Shown: positions 14,474 to 29,471, counted from the whole stretch's first letter. The stretch is DNA of 62,044 nt, filler included, from Dugesia japonica (GCA_001938525.1; 5 parts of 5 records of this genome joined end to end with filler, not necessarily neighbours in it), one strand, 5' to 3'. Notes: a model not told the origin generated them from the sequence alone. Made by a program: numbers and translations.

Positions 14474-16039
14474 TATATAACATTTTATATTGTGTAAATA
14501 TGTAGTTATTTTATTTAAATTAAATTATAAAAGTGAATTTTAAATATTAAACAATTAAAACATTTCTCTAATTGCGGCTCTCGAAATTCTATGTTCTTGT
14601 CGGTTACAACCCGTGTTATATATTTGATTTATTTTAGTTCTTGATAGTATTTCTTGAGAGGTTATTATCATTATTAAAGGTTATATTAATACAATTCTTG
14701 TTGGACGATTAACCATTGATCCATGGTCGGAATAAGAATGTGAGAAGTGCGCAAAACTTACAAAATTGGATGCTCTCATTACAAAATCAATAAATTAAGT
14801 TGTATTTTGTCAATTAATAATATTAATTTGATATATTTAAACATATAACAAGCACACAAGGGAAAAATATTTAATGTTTCACGGCTCTAAATCAATAGTT
14901 AATGTGTAAAAACAGTGAAATACTACTCCAATAGCTCATAGGATGAATAGATGGTGTTCCCCATTGTTTTATGCGCTTAGTACGTGTTTATATCGCTAAC
15001 AAGTTAATCCATTCCTGTGTTGATCGCATTTTTAAAGTGTTTTAATAAGTTAGAAATTTCTGATCAAAATGAATCTATTGTAAATATTTCAAAGAAACTT
15101 GATTAGAACTTAATAAAACAAGGCACAAAACGGATGGAGAACGAAGAAAAATTACAAAAAACTTAGCAAAACGAAATAATTTCGGCGGATTATGAGAACA
15201 ACTGTAATAAATGAGCACAAAATGTTATCAATAAATATCAAACTGTAAATAATAAAATAATAGAATGTTAATAAATTAAATTTTAAAAGTTAAGCGCTGC
15301 AAAATTTTTAAAGTTACAAAGCAAAATCAAATTTGTTAATTTTATTAAACGTTACAATTAATTTTAAAAGGCAAAAAAATGTAAAAGATTTTAAAAAAAT
15401 GTTGATAATAAAAATAAACACTATTAAAACCATAAAACTATATAAAGTATTTTAAAAGATAACTAATATACAGTTAATTAAAGTAAATAATTTATGTAGA
15501 AATGTTTCAATTATGAATAGAAAATATTTAGAAACATCAAACAAGTTAATTTCTTTACTTGTTAATAATAAAACTTTTCAATCTTAAATGTCTTTTAAAA
15601 TCTAAATAGAACAATAACAATTAAGCAATTTAATTTAATTATATCATTATTAAATACAAATACAATAAATTTATTCTACAATAAATATATTACAAATTAA
15701 CATACTTGAAATTGAATTTTCCATTTGGTAGACAAATACACATAATATTAAAAGTACCCAACCTTAAAATATAATACAGTTATAAGTTATCGCTATAAAT
15801 TGTTAAATTTCAATATTTTGCATTAAATAATCAAAGAAATATTTTAAATTATTATTTAACATTTAATAAAACTATATTTAAATCAAAAAACTATAAAAAT
15901 GACATACACGTTAAATAAATAATAAAATTACTTAAGAAATAATAATTTCTAAAATTAAATTTTCGTTACTCAAAAAATTTAAAATAAAACGCATTTGAAA
16001 AATTAAATTAAAATAAATAAACAAATAAAATATTTTATA

Positions 16040-16240
16040 ATTACAATTATTGTGAGAATAATTGTTGGACTTAACCATTAATCGCGTTTGAGATTTCATT
16101 AAAATAAAGAAAAGGCTTCGATCAAAATTAAAATTTACTTGTATAAAAATTGAATAATAAAATTTACTTGTATAGAAATTGAATTTCTATTCAAGTAAAT
16201 TTTATTTTTGATCGAAGCCTTTTCTTTATTTTAATGAAAT
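16040..16240. repeat. Dispersed AT-rich repeat with an AAGCTTCGATCAAAA core, often palindromic (MITE-like); copies near 190, 12495, 20110, 24909-25080, 27228, 28110, 29895
   Basis: Recurring motifs TAAAAGCTTCGATCAAAA and AATTACAATTATTGTGAGAATAATTGTTGGACTTAACCATT on both strands; inverted pairs at ~16095-16240 and ~24909-25022. Confidence 0.75.
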
Positions 16241-16849
16241 AAAATATTTTCCAAATATATTTGATTACAAAATTGAAAATTTATTTTAACACTTTAAAGA
16301 AGCATAAACAATAATTTTTACCAAGTTACATTAAATTAAAAGCTTTGATCAAAATATTACAAAATTAGTTGAAACATTTTACCAAATTTTGCAATTTCTA
16401 ATAAATTTAAAACGAAATAATCTTGAGTATTTTATGAAGTCTTCATTATAATAATCATCAATATTACATACCTTCTCATAAAATCATCACAAATTTCACA
16501 AAATAGAAAAATGAAAAATAAAGTTTTGTATTTAATACGTATTCTAAATTTCTTTAAATTATTATACTCACAACGTTCACATAAAAAATACTGAAAAAAT
16601 ATTAAAAATACTGAAGAATACCGTATAGTAAATCTATTTTGTACATAAAATACATTATTTGATAATTGTTGGGCTAGAACACAAAAACGGGTGAAATAAT
16701 AAAAGATGTAAAGATTGGGAAAGATTTACGAAACTAGAGAAGATTAGACACAAAATTGATGAACTGGACCAGAAAATATTATCAAGAAATCATTATTCTT
16801 ATTANNNNNNNNNNNATTATTATTATGTAATTATTATTATTATAATTAT

Positions 16850-18886
16850 TATGGGAATATCGTAAAATAACGGAAAATAAAAATTGGGCGTGGAAGACCC
16901 AAATGTTGTGCACAAAATTTAAAATTGTATGTGAAGAAAGGAAAAGAAGAAATTAACAATAAAAATAAAATACGATAATATAATAATTTATTAAAGGGGT
17001 CTCTACGACCCAATTTCATTACTATAATAACGCTATTCAGCGTTTAATATTATTTATTATTTCTTAATTAAGAAATAATTTGGTACAGTCATTGTCTGGT
17101 TAGGGTGAATTAAGTCCAAATTTAATCACAACATCCGGGAATCACCCTAAACCAGACAAGGAATATCGGTGGTAACTAAAATCAGTCATCAGAGGTCATA
17201 CGAGGTGACTGATGACAGGAGAGTATTAGTGAGTTGGTGTGCGCAAAACTTCTCACCAAACCAAAAATGAAGAGGTTCACACCAGAGGAGAACCACGCAT
17301 CAACCAATCAGAAAGCCGGATTTGACTTAAATTGAAAATGATAGGCGAACAAATAGTGGAATGGAAGTTGTGGTGCAAACGAGAAATAAACTCATTTTGT
17401 ACCGAGAAAATAGTCAGAAATTCTAATCAAATTTTTTTTTAAAATATATTAGTGATCACAGCAAATTACGTTTAATTTATCCACTATTGCTATCTCGACA
17501 TCGTCAAATTAATACAGATATTTTAGCAATCATTATTGGAGCACGGAAATCTATCAGAAGTATTTAAATTTATTATTTACCAGTATTCATTGTTGTAATA
17601 TCATTATTTACACGTAAACTCCGAGTGTCCTAAGTCGAGGTCGCGTTCCCGAGCAGAAATTTTGAGAAATGAAAATATGAAAACGAGTAAAAATGACGAT
17701 CAGAGATTATCAGAAATGAAACTATAGAAACGGGTAAAATGTCAATCCAAGCTTATGAGAAATAAAACTATAAAAATAAGAAAATGTCGATCCGAGATGA
17801 GGGGAAACGAAACTATGGAAAGAGGCAAATCACCGATAGAAAATAGTTCTGCGGGATCAATGTGAAAAAGTCCAATTAGTGAATCAGAATTAATAGGATT
17901 CCTCGCAGAAATTGAAGCGGGAATACCCAGAAATTTTGTGACCAACATTCCTACAGAATTGATTAGCAGTTAGGATTAGAGTAATCTGGAAGCGAATAAA
18001 AGGAGTTGATGAATTGCTATAGTGATCGGGAATTGAGTTTCAGTCGGAATGGTAGCATCGAATGGGAGCTCGGCGACTAAAATAAATTGTCTAAGTAATT
18101 ATCGGCTGTTTAATTTTTGTCTAATTTTTGTTAATTATTCTTTGTATCATTGACCTCAGTTATTAATACAAAATACTTTTTTATTGTCGTTATTGCATTT
18201 TAATTAGTTAAAATTAATTATTTTTATAAGTCGTCAATTGCCAAATATCGTTGATTATTGTAGTGCCATTATTTTAATTAAATTGATAATCATCGTTACA
18301 AACGAAATTCTCTAAATTTTAATCAACAATTCCCGGTCAAAGGCGAAATTGTTTTGTTTATCACTTAATACTTAATGCTCTTATCACAGCATGATTGAAG
18401 CGTAGGAAATTTATAATAGGGGCATCATCTGAGAATTCTGGAAGATGGTGAACGAGAGAAGATGGTGGTTTACCACTGACATCTTCTCTGGTTCGCTCTC
18501 TAGGAACGGGGAACCAGAGCAGATAGGCCTCAGGTTGAAGAAACGTTTTATTAATTAAATCTAATGTTTTTTATTTATGAATCTCATTTAATAGTGTTAT
18601 AACAAATTTTGTTAAATTTTATTTGTCGATGCAAAATTACCATAATGAATTTTTAACTGAGCATAGAGACAGTTATTACTGTCAGGGTTCACAGATTTAA
18701 TGAATAAGATGCGATACCGCAAAGTCGCGCTGAACCCGTGGAAAAAGAGGCATGTCACAGAGGTGACATAAATACTTGTGGTTTTTAGGTATGCCACTAG
18801 ACATGTAAATGAATTAGTGATTATTAAAAGCGAAATCAGTGAATTCAAAGAGAAATTTAAAAACATCAAATACTAAAAACCCAACA
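16850..18886 (+). repeat. Fragments of LTR-like repeats ending in CCAACA (ends at 17947 and 18886), with a ~45-bp x4 degenerate tandem array at ~17665-17835
   Basis: Terminal CC(C)AACA shared with the copies ending at 47883 and 50848; CCAAT-like promoter region at ~17300; left boundary approximate. Confidence 0.45.
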
Positions 18887-19924
18887 TAATTTTATTATTT
18901 ATACCTGTTGTCGCATAATCCAACCAAATTTTCATTAAATGGAATTTAGTGAATAATATGGACAACGGTTCAGTATTTGGAGATGCATTTGGTCCAAATT
19001 TCTTCTGTACTTATTCATTCTGCCTCAGTAAAAATCTTAAGTAACAGTCAACAAAATTAACAGTTATTACTTTTAATATATTGATTGCACTCTGTATTAT
19101 TAGTTATTATGCATTGAAACAACAAATTATTTTCAATACTGTTGGGTATTTATACTCAACAAAATATTTTATTGTTAATTTTAAGATAAGGTTATTCTAT
19201 ATTGTAAAGTTGATGTGTTAGAGGTTTGTAAATACACTAAATAGTGGATCCGATTTCATTTACATTACTCTTTTTAATTTACAAAGAGGTCTGATTTCCT
19301 TGTGGAAAATGATCCGTAATTAAAATTAATAAACGCTATACAATAATATATATTTGGTACGAATGAAACATTTTAGAAGAAATCATTCCTAATTCTAAAT
19401 ATTCACAATATGGTTTAATTATAATATCCAATCTATTTATATTAAACATATTAAGTTATAGGATCTCTTTTATAACTCTACATAAATCCATTAACATACG
19501 GATTATCAAAATATTTAAACTACTATAACACACACAACGGTTGATTTGGTTTTGCTATAATCCCGAAATCATCTCAACAAAGGGAAACACATATTATTTT
19601 GGAGTTACTTAGGTTTACATAAGTGTTTATTCTGAATGTTTATTCTCGGCGTTCAATACGTGTTGTTCTCTTATTTAAAAAAGTTATTTTAAAAATTATT
19701 TTTATTAATTTATATTGCAAAAAAATAAATGTAAATTTTTTTACATTACCAATAAAAATATGAATAATTTTTGAAAAAAGTGTGATTCAATTAATTNNNN
19801 NNNNNNNNNNNNNNNNNNNNNNNNNNNNNNNNNNNNNNNNNNNNNNAATGTAAATTTTTTTACATTACCAATAAAAATATGAATAATTTTTGAAAAAAGT
19901 GTGATTCAATTAATTTTTTTTGAA

Positions 19925-20012
19925 TACCGGTTTTATTACGGGTATACCAGTATTATAATTCTTTAATACCGAAATACCGGTATTGATTTTTCGTCCGGTA
20001 TAAGATTCCCTA
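19925..20012. mobile_element. Terminus of a second hAT-type element
   Basis: Ends in ...GATTCCCTA (reverse complement TAGGGAATC) with TACCG/CGGTA subterminal repeats like the 10865 MITE; partner end not found. Confidence 0.5.
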
Positions 20013-20275
20013 GTTTTTGGTATTATTTCACTATCTAAGAATTACCAATGATAATTAATGAGAGTATATATTAAAAACAATTGAGTGTATTTTTTCACGC
20101 TAAGTCGAAATATCGAATTGTTATCAAATATCAATAAAAAAAACAAAAATTTTGACCGAAGCTTTTATTTTAAATGAATTATTATTATCATTATTATTAT
20201 TAATTTACAAAAAATTGTTTTATATTTTTTCATTTATTTATACAAATTTTCACACGATAAAAATTATATAATTAA

Positions 20276-23200
20276 CTAAGAATTGTCGAATGATTTTCTT
20301 GATGATGGTGGTAATGGTTTCGTTGGATTGATTGGATCATCATGTAATGGGGATCCTGGCAGAGGAGTTAATTTTTGAAAAGATTTCAGTTTATCATTAT
20401 TTATTTTTTTTGTCTAAATAAATATTTATGATAAAAATAAATAAACATAAATGATAATTAAAAAATCCTTTCAAAAAAATTAAAATTATTTCAATTATAT
20501 CCATCTATCTATATATATCATAATAATAATTATCCAATTAACACACTGATTAACTTTGAAATCTTAATTTATATGCTTAAAATTTTCTAGTAATCTTGGC
20601 ACTCTCTATGACCATTAATAAGGCCCAAGGCCAATAATTTGATAAAGTTTTCGTGCGTTTGCTTAAACTAGCTATCGCTTATAGCTAAGTCCATGTTGCA
20701 CTTACTCGCCACAGAAAGCATGAAAACCTTAGAATGATTATCAACAAATCGCTTTTCGAGGAAAAACGTTTAATGACCGTCACTTTTACGAAAATAATTT
20801 GAATTATAAACATCAAATTCACTCATTGACTGACTCTGAAATGCTTATATTTAAGTTGATGTATTTTAGATAAACTAAATATTTACTCATTGACTCACTT
20901 TGGAACGCTCACACACGCGTCAAAAACTCCGATGTGTTCGAATTGGCAAACATATTTACCATAACGGCTAACGGGTATTTGAATTAGTTTTGGATGAAGT
21001 AGATTCGATTAACCATTGGTTTTTGTGTGAATTACGATAACCGTTGCAAAATGATGTAAGAAAATTTGCTCGCAATGTTTTGTTTACCGAAAAAATTCAG
21101 CAAATAAATACTAACCCTTCATTGTATGAACTTTAAATTTTACTCCATTTTTAATTCAAACAAAAAAAATTTGCAAAATTATCTCATTTCAGATTGAAAA
21201 TAAAAAAAATTCAAAAATTACGGGCGCCACAGGAAAAAACAATATATTCTGATTCGAAATTGATCCACTAATTACTATGNCAGTTTTCTTTTATTTATTT
21301 TCATAGTCTTATTGTAAATATAAAATTATTAATACACACTAATTCAGTACAACTTCAAAATTTATGTTAAATTTATATTGGCGTAATTGTTATTTGTGTG
21401 TAAAATAGATAAATATAAAAAATTGTAAAAACTGAGCGGAAGTCAGAAGTCTAAATTTCTAATCTAAAAATTTATAATAAAACAATTTTATAAGTGTTTG
21501 AATTATTACTTTGATTACCTTAATTGCAGTTTGAGTAGGATTCAATATTCCCACATTTGGTGATGTGTTAAAGATTTTGTTAAAATTTGTTTCTCTATTA
21601 ACCAATTCTAGTTGGAAAAATCTTTTCTCTTCCTAAATATATTAAAACAATTAAAATTACATCTTAGATAGAACTAAATAATTATATTACATTAAATTAA
21701 GCTGAGAATGAAAATCATAAATGTCTTTGAAATTATAACTAGGGACATTATCTAGTAAAGCTTTGATTATTGATTAATTCATTAATGCCTAAGTTGCATT
21801 CAATAGATAAAAATGATAGTGTTGTACATAAAATTAATGTAAATAACAAATATTAAAAATTAAACTGTATTGCAGTGCAAAGTTTTGTTTACATAAAATG
21901 TTTGTAAACGATCGAATAACTCACCTAATGACCTACTTGAGATCCTCTAATACAAATAAAAATAAATTATAAAAGACAAATTCAATTTATATATTGATTT
22001 ATAACGGTCAGATAATTAATATGATCGTAATTTTATCGGTTTCAAACACAAAACAACGTTCTTTCTAGGTTCTAATATAGCTGATTGTTACCAAGAAAAT
22101 AGTAAACATAATAATGACGTAACCATATACATGCAATCATTCTGTAAATTTACGGATAATTACTTACCATAGAAAAAATACGGTTTATTAGTTTAAACTC
22201 ATTTTGTATAACCAGAATTCTATATTAAATCTGGTATTTATCTAAAATCACAACGTTACAGTCAACGTTCAAAACTTTGAACTGACTCCTGTCTTCAAAA
22301 ATCAAATTTTAAAATTAAAATCCGGGATCTATTGCAACAAAAAGTAAATCTACCATGTCTCTTTAAACTTGGTGGCAAAACCAAAAATTTTACAGTTAGA
22401 CTCTTTGAGATTTGTATACATTCCGTTATCTAAAACTTAAATAATAAGTCTAATTAAATTGTGTAGACTCTATTATGTAGACTCTATTACTCAATCAATT
22501 CAGTTGCTGGGACTATTTAAACTCTTTTAGTTTAAAATTTTGATAAATTGTGTTTTATTTTTACTCTTTAATTTTGTGTTGTATTCCACGGACGCTGTAT
22601 TCTAAGGGTTTGAATTTTGTGCTTCGGCACATGTAAAAATTTAAAGGTTAAATATATATTAGTAAAGTTGTACCAATCACTGGGGTCAAGTGGCAGCCTT
22701 GTGAAAACGTGAGGATGGGAACTCTAAACGCTTGTAGCTAATTGGCGGTTGTATTACTTCGACACTTGGTGAAATAACATGTTTTCAGGTGGCATATCGA
22801 TACTACTGTACAAGGCTGGCGACGGTAGATGGATTACGAGGAGTACGAAAACTTGCGTGTATATAGGCCCCATAAGAATTACAATAGGGTGGCAGAGATG
22901 GTAAAGGCTAGACGTGTTATGCTCCACCAATGCTTGTATATACTATTGTATGCTGAGACGGTATTATGGAATGCTGTTGTCTTACTTAATGTAGTCAATA
23001 CTGTAGATGAACCTTAATAAACCTTTTAACACTTATAGTGTGGATTATATTTCTTTGGGATGATTAATGAATATAACTATAAACATAACTGAACTTACTA
23101 ATTTACTAATCACTATTACAACAGTAATGCTGATGTTACTAAATGGTAGCCATGGAAGTGAAAGATCCGTAGAGCGAGTATCATAGAGAGAAGAACCAGA

Positions 23201-23839
23201 ACCAAAGAAATATGAACATGCAATAGAACTACGGATTGCGAGTCACCGGTTCTATTCCAAAAATCTAGAACCGGAAATCTAGATCAAATTCTTCGCGGGG
23301 TTTTACTAGACCATGTTACCCTATATATAAATTTAAAACTGAGCTGCTTATATGGAACCTCAACATATATATGTAAGTGTTAAGTATTATTAATTTTAAT
23401 AATTTTTAAGTATTATTCTTGAGGAGCTTCGCTTAAAAGCTTGATTGCCTACATCACGCCAAATGCATGAAAATTTTACTAGTATATTTGTAGAGTGCAG
23501 CCAATAGGTTAACAAATTAAATAATCTTATTAAAACTGAATGTAACGATAATCCCTAAAATAAATAAATCTAACATTTAATCTTTCAATTTCTTTTTCAT
23601 AAAGTCTCATTTGAGCATTAATAGTCTGAATGATTTCAAGATCTTCATCTCGAGATGGCCGATTAATAAATTGTTCTTCAAGTTCGATTACTTTATTATT
23701 TAATTCTCGTATTTTATCTTTGTATAAATTTTGAGCTTTATTAAAATCATTCAAAGCTTGCTTGGTTTCCTCTTCGTATTTATTCTTAATATTTAATGAC
23801 ATCTGATCATAATTGCGTTTCAGTTCTAACTCTTGATTT
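20276..23839 (-). CDS. FAM184A: FAM184A-like coiled-coil protein, last three coding exons (23839-23575, 21632-21519, 20413-20276); 5' part lies beyond the contig end
   Basis: Canonical AG/GT junctions join in phase 0 to give ...NRPSRDEDLEIIQTINAQMRLYEKEIERLN|EEKRFFQLELVNRETNFNKIFNTSPNVGILNP..|..LTPLPGSPLHDDPINPTKPLPP..stop, matching the FAM184A C-terminal signature QLELVNRETNFNK.FN.SP.VG..NP. Confidence 0.88.
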
Positions 23840-24137
23840 CTAAAAATTAAAGTTAAATATTTAAATAAAATTTTAAACTAAACACCAAAATCTTTCCGAT
23901 TGTAATGTTAAAAATAAATTGCTCAAATAGATTAAAATTTTGAATTTCTTTAATATTAAAAGTTCAACATTATATTTGTAACCGTTTGACCATATTGGAC
24001 AAAAATTAGGCTTTTACTTAATAATAAAAAATCACTANNNNNNNNNNNNNNNNNNNNNNNNNNNNNNNNNNNNNNNNNNNNTTAATTAATTAANNNNNNN
24101 NNNNNNNNNNNNNNNNNNNNNNNNNNNNNNNNNNNNN

Positions 24138-24200
<63 letters not shown>

Positions 24201-25588
24201 AATATTATTTTATTATATAGTGAACTGACACAAGGAAAATAATGGGAGTGGTGATAAATTAAAGTGGAGTATAATTATATAAATTAACCGAATCAATATT
24301 TTTTCGAGAAATTGAACAAAAAATAATTTGATTGTCAGTATTAATTATTTTATCTCGTTGAATCCAAATATTTATACCAGATTGTTGCAGATTGAATTTT
24401 CATGAATTTTTGTTAAATTACTATTTTTTTCAAAAATAACTTCTTTAAAGAATTTTGCTTTAGTAATTTATAAAAATTTCATCTGAATAATGAAATTGAA
24501 AAAGAAGGATCGTGATTTAATTTTTTATTTCTAAAGTAGGAGAGAAATCAAACGATAAATTAAATTAAATTTTGGCAGCTGTTGATAATCGAGCTTATAA
24601 ATCTTTTAAATAAATATCGGCATAGACTACTTTATTTCTCCAGTGTGATTTTGTTAAACACTTCAAATCAGCGTTAAAATTAATCATAATATTATTATAT
24701 AATTGATGATTTCACGAAATTTACATTGTTTAATCTATTTTTATTTACTAATCAAACAACATCTTATTTTTTTCACATGAAATCAATAAATTATTAACTC
24801 TGCCAAACTCAAAAATTTTTTTTTGAAACTTCAACTTTTAACTTTCTTCATAATTATTTTAATTGTCTTTACAACATTTCCGTTTTAAATAATTTCTATA
24901 TACTTTTAGAATTCATTTAAAATAAAAGCTTCGATCAAAAATTTTTTTTTTATTGAAATTTGATAACAATTCAATAAAAAAAAACAAAAATTTTGATCGA
25001 AGCCTTTATTTTAAATGAATTCTATAAAACAATCAATGGTTATGTCCAACAATTATTCTCGAAATAATTGCAATTGTAAAAATACTTTTAGAAGTATAGA
25101 AAGATTTTAATTTTTGTCTAATATAAAAAATATGCAGTTTTAAACAAAAGATGAAAAAAGCTGTATATGTTACCTTTAACAATACAAAACTATACAGTAT
25201 GTATTGTTTCAAAAGTTAATGAGAAAATTTAACTGAAAGTTGTAATGTTACTTTATGTGATAAAATATTTTATTTATGAATTATTTTTATCAAGTTTAAT
25301 CGAATAAATTTGTGCTATATTTTATATTAATGGAAGTCAATATTTTGAAAATTAACAATCAGGAAACAAAGTGAAAATGAAATTAGTTTAATCAATATTC
25401 GGGCTTTGATTAATTGGATTTTTTTGAATATTAAATATACAACAATTTGTAAATTTAATTCTATGTATCTTGTTTCGGTTACAAAATAATATTAAATTTT
25501 AAATTCAATTTTGCGCTTCACATGTTTATTGTAATACATTTTTAATAATTTTACTCTCATTAATTTTAATTACAAAGTTTTCATATAT

Positions 25589-25836
25589 ATAAAACATTTG
25601 TTCCATAAATATAAAAAATTTGTTTCATAAATATATAAAATTTGTTTCATGAATATAAAACATTTGTTTCATGAATATAAAACATTTGTTTCATGAATAT
25701 ATAAAATTTGTTTCATGAATATAAAACATTTGTTTCATGAATATAAAACATTTGTTTCATAAATATAAAACATTTGTTTCATAAATATAAAACATTTGTT
25801 TCATAAATATAAAACATTTGTTTCAAAAGTATAAAA
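25589..25836. repeat. 22-bp minisatellite (ATAAAACATTTGTTTCATRAAT, about 11 copies)
   Basis: Directly visible tandem copies. Confidence 0.92.
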
Positions 25837-25842
25837 CTAATA

Positions 25843-26520
25843 CTTCCTCCGTTCCAAAATAAGTGTCCGATTTAGGAATTTTATTTGTTCCAATTTCATA
25901 AAAAAATATCCAATAAGATATACAAAGGGTATATTCACAATTCGAATCAGTATTTCTTCGTCAGAAGCAACATGAAAGTTAGTTTTCACTTTCGTTAAGT
26001 AAAACCATTTTTATCTACATGAATGTACTCCAACATTTCTTTAAATTCATTGAATGAGTCGGACAACATATTGAGAGAATAGTTTAATATACACTTATTG
26101 TTCTTATCTTGCAAGAAAAGGTACTGAAAACCTTAAAAAAGGTTTTAAGGTACTGAAAATTCTCCTCCTTTTAAGATGCGATGCATAGTTCCTAGCGATT
26201 CACCAGGTTTGGTACACAGATCACAAAGTGTTGATCTTTGTGATAGTAAAATTTCCCGCACTTTATTAAGCATTAATTCACGATTTTTACGTTTTCTTCC
26301 CGAATTTCCTTTTTTCTTCGAGTCCACATTAGCTACTGAAGATCCGAAATCATAACATCTTTTTGCCCTATTCTAAATACGATTAATGATTTTGGAGGAA
26401 ATGTGAACATCGACACTGATGCGCTTAATGAGACCGTATTCTAGTTTTGAACGAAGTGAGTATAATATAAGAAGTGAAAGATATGCATTATGTACACATT
26501 TTCATTATGAAACTCTAGAT
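25843..26520 (-). mobile_element. Plant-type (DD39D / Stowaway-related) mariner remnant
   Basis: TA + CTTCCTCCGTTCCAAAATAAGTGTC terminus (Stowaway-like CTCCCTCCGT); minus-strand SKKKGNSGRKRK..RSTL..TMHRILKGG and, across a frameshift, IHVD.KWFYLTK. The second and third catalytic residues are deleted, so the spacing cannot be counted. Confidence 0.75.
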
Positions 26521-28360
26521 CCGCGATTTATATAAGATGTACCTTATCGATAAGGAAATACGGTAATTAAGTTAAATAAAGTTTCAACTATTAAACATAT
26601 TTCATGCTCTTTCTTTGTACTCTTCCATTAAAAAAAAATTCCTTGGGCCTGAAAACAAAAATCAATGTATTTAACAAGCATTTAAGTTTGAACTGAAAAC
26701 TATGATTTCATTTTACAACATGTGAGAGTTCTGACACAAATTTATCAGTGATATCATTGTAAATCAAAGCTTTTATTTCATAACTTTTGATTTTTCATTT
26801 TTGTCGTGGATGGGAATTAATTGTAATTTTACATAATCGATTTGGAATATTAAAAATTCGATTGTGTTAGTTTATTAATAAAATTCACGTGAACTTATCA
26901 GTTTACAACCATATTATTTCTAGCTGATAATAAGTTTTTTGTTAAAATAAAATTATATTTATTGCTATTGAAATTGTCGGTGAAAATTAAAAAAATTGCC
27001 GGTGTGATTCTTATAAAAGTTTAATTATTTATTTCCTATCTAAGAGAAAGAAAAAGATTTAAATTCTCTTAAAAATTATAAATCAACAATCGAATTGATT
27101 TATTATGTAGGAAATTTTTAAAAAGAGTTTTCGGGAAAACTTTGATATTGTAATTGGAAATGAAATTTTTTCAGTAATGAATATTCAAACTAATTCTTTT
27201 TTCCTTATTAACAATAAAAATTATTTAAAATAAAAGCTTCGATCAAAATTTTTGTTTTTTTTATTGAAATTTGATAATGCGCTCGATAATGGGGGNTGAT
27301 AAAATTGGCGATAAAATTCATATGGTGATATGCGCCACTATCTACCTATTACTATCGATATTTATTACTGATTTGCATTGAATATTATGTTCTACAATAT
27401 TACTACGATTATCTAATCGACTATCTTCCTGAATCATTTTACAGAGATGACAAGAAGTCTCTCCGATGTATGTGACATTACACCCATTCACTTAAATTTA
27501 TAAATAAGATTAGAAACTAATACATTAGTAGACTTTGACTTTTTACTAAACGCATTTATAATTTTAAAAGACCGAGACACAATTTTTAAATTTGGAAGAT
27601 TTACTGAATATTTTAGCAAACCTTTTAAGTATTTAAAGCTCTTAGAATAAGGAATATTTTAAACATAACAAATTTTATCGGTTTTATTAGATTTATCTGG
27701 ATCTTTAATAATGTTTTCATTTAAATCATTCATGTTCAGAACAATATTTTTTAATTTTTCTACAATTGATTTAGAATATCCACTTTTATTTAACATAGAC
27801 CTCATAGTTTGAATATTTGGACTCTTTCTTCTTTTTATTCGAAGTCATGTTCAAATATTTTGTTATTAAATTAAACTTTGATTCAATATTCAGTAAATAT
27901 TTTGTGTGAGATTATTTTTTTTAATTGAAATTTTGTGTCTAATTTTATTGTTTTCCAGTAAAACAATTAATTTGTTAACTAATAATTACGTTGTTAGCAC
28001 GCCCGAAACCAAACCATTGGAAAACATGAATTTAAATTCAAGGGGTATTTTTTAAAATGCCACATAATTTTCGTAACGCTTATTTTTTATTTAAATAAAT
28101 AAAACTTTATTTTAATGAAATAATCTCAAATGCGATCAATGGTTAAGTCCAACAATTATTCTCACAATAATTGTAATTATAAAACTTTATATAAACAACA
28201 AAACTTGAAGTTTTCGAAAAGCAATAATGGCATCCGATATTAAAAAAATTTTTTTTCAAAGGAAGGTTGTGTTTCATTGTGACAGTCATATTCTCTTGAA
28301 AATCACAAGCCATACATTATTTACAAGGGCGATGAGAACAGATTGTCTACAAGAATTTTA

Positions 28361-29471
28361 CAGGGTTATTCATTTATATAGATCCTTTTATTCAATTCTT
28401 TAGATCCATCTTTAAAAATTGACTTAAACTTGAAACATTACAATTTAAATTTTCAACATTTTTTATTCATTGCAAATACATAAACTACTAAATTACTACT
28501 AAACAAATTTCAATAGTCTTGTTGCGATATTCATGAAATCTTGACACAATCATATAAAAAATTCTTCAATGGGATTAAGTTTTGGAGAGTAAGGCGTGAG
28601 AAACTTGTAGATAATATTTTTAGAGCGTAATAGATTCAAAAAATTNTCTGCTTTATGTATGCATACATTGTCCATTACCAAATTATTCGAATTTGATACA
28701 AAATAAGGAACAAGTTTTATTTCAATAAATTCCATTAAGATTATAGAATTATATGCCCTAAGCTATTATACCTTCAAGTCCAATCGTACAAATAAGAGTC
28801 TTATTCATATAACTATTTGCAGGCACTGCGAGATATGCTCTGGTATTTAATGTTGAATAGCCATAGGTACGTTGATCATGCTCATTAAAGCATGTTTCGT
28901 CAAGAAATTCCGAATTTTGATCATTAAATCTTGACATTTCTGAGTAGTTAATGGCTCTAGTCGCTATTTTCCCACACTTTTAAGCTCCTGTGGAATAAGA
29001 GTTAATCTTTTTCTACCAAAATTCATTTTTTAAAAATTTTCTTGATATTGTAGGTTGTGAAATCATGTTCTCTGACGATTTCTTTCATCTCTCTTTGAAT
29101 TAGAGAGTTATTACATTCAATGGAGTTGTATATTGTTTGCTTAATTTCATTAAAAATTGTGTTACGTTCTTTACATGCATTTTTGCAATACTTAGATGCT
29201 GGAATTAAACTCTTGCCGCTCTCAAATCGTTAATGGATGCTGCCAATAGCTTTATTTTCAATCCTCAACGTTTCACCTATATGAATAGGTGTATAATTAC
29301 CGGGCTGCGACATTGATATTAACAAGTCATTTAATTCTTTTGTAATATATTTTCTTTGTTTGCGTTAATTTTTCATTTAAGGATTAAAAATATGGAATAA
29401 ATGGATCTATAAAATTGAATAAATGGAACTTTAGAAGTGAATAAATATATCTATAGAATTGAATAACCTTA
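28361..29471 (-). mobile_element. Tc1/IS630-like (DD34E) transposon, decayed
   Basis: TA-flanked TIRs CAGGGTTATTCA / TGAATAACCTT; FLDETCF, then VMDN-(34 aa spacing)-E in FLTPYSPKLNPIEEFF. Confidence 0.85.

Noticed and set aside
17180-17260. CTGATGA suggesting a hammerhead ribozyme core
   Set aside because: No stem II followed by GAAA and no closing stems could be found.
22560-23050. GC-richer island with a 62-aa ORF in a FAM184A intron
   Set aside because: No recognisable protein or RNA motif; probably a repeat fragment.
25589-25836. Regular 22-bp array resembling a CRISPR
   Set aside because: Head-to-tail units with no unique spacers, in eukaryotic context with no cas genes.
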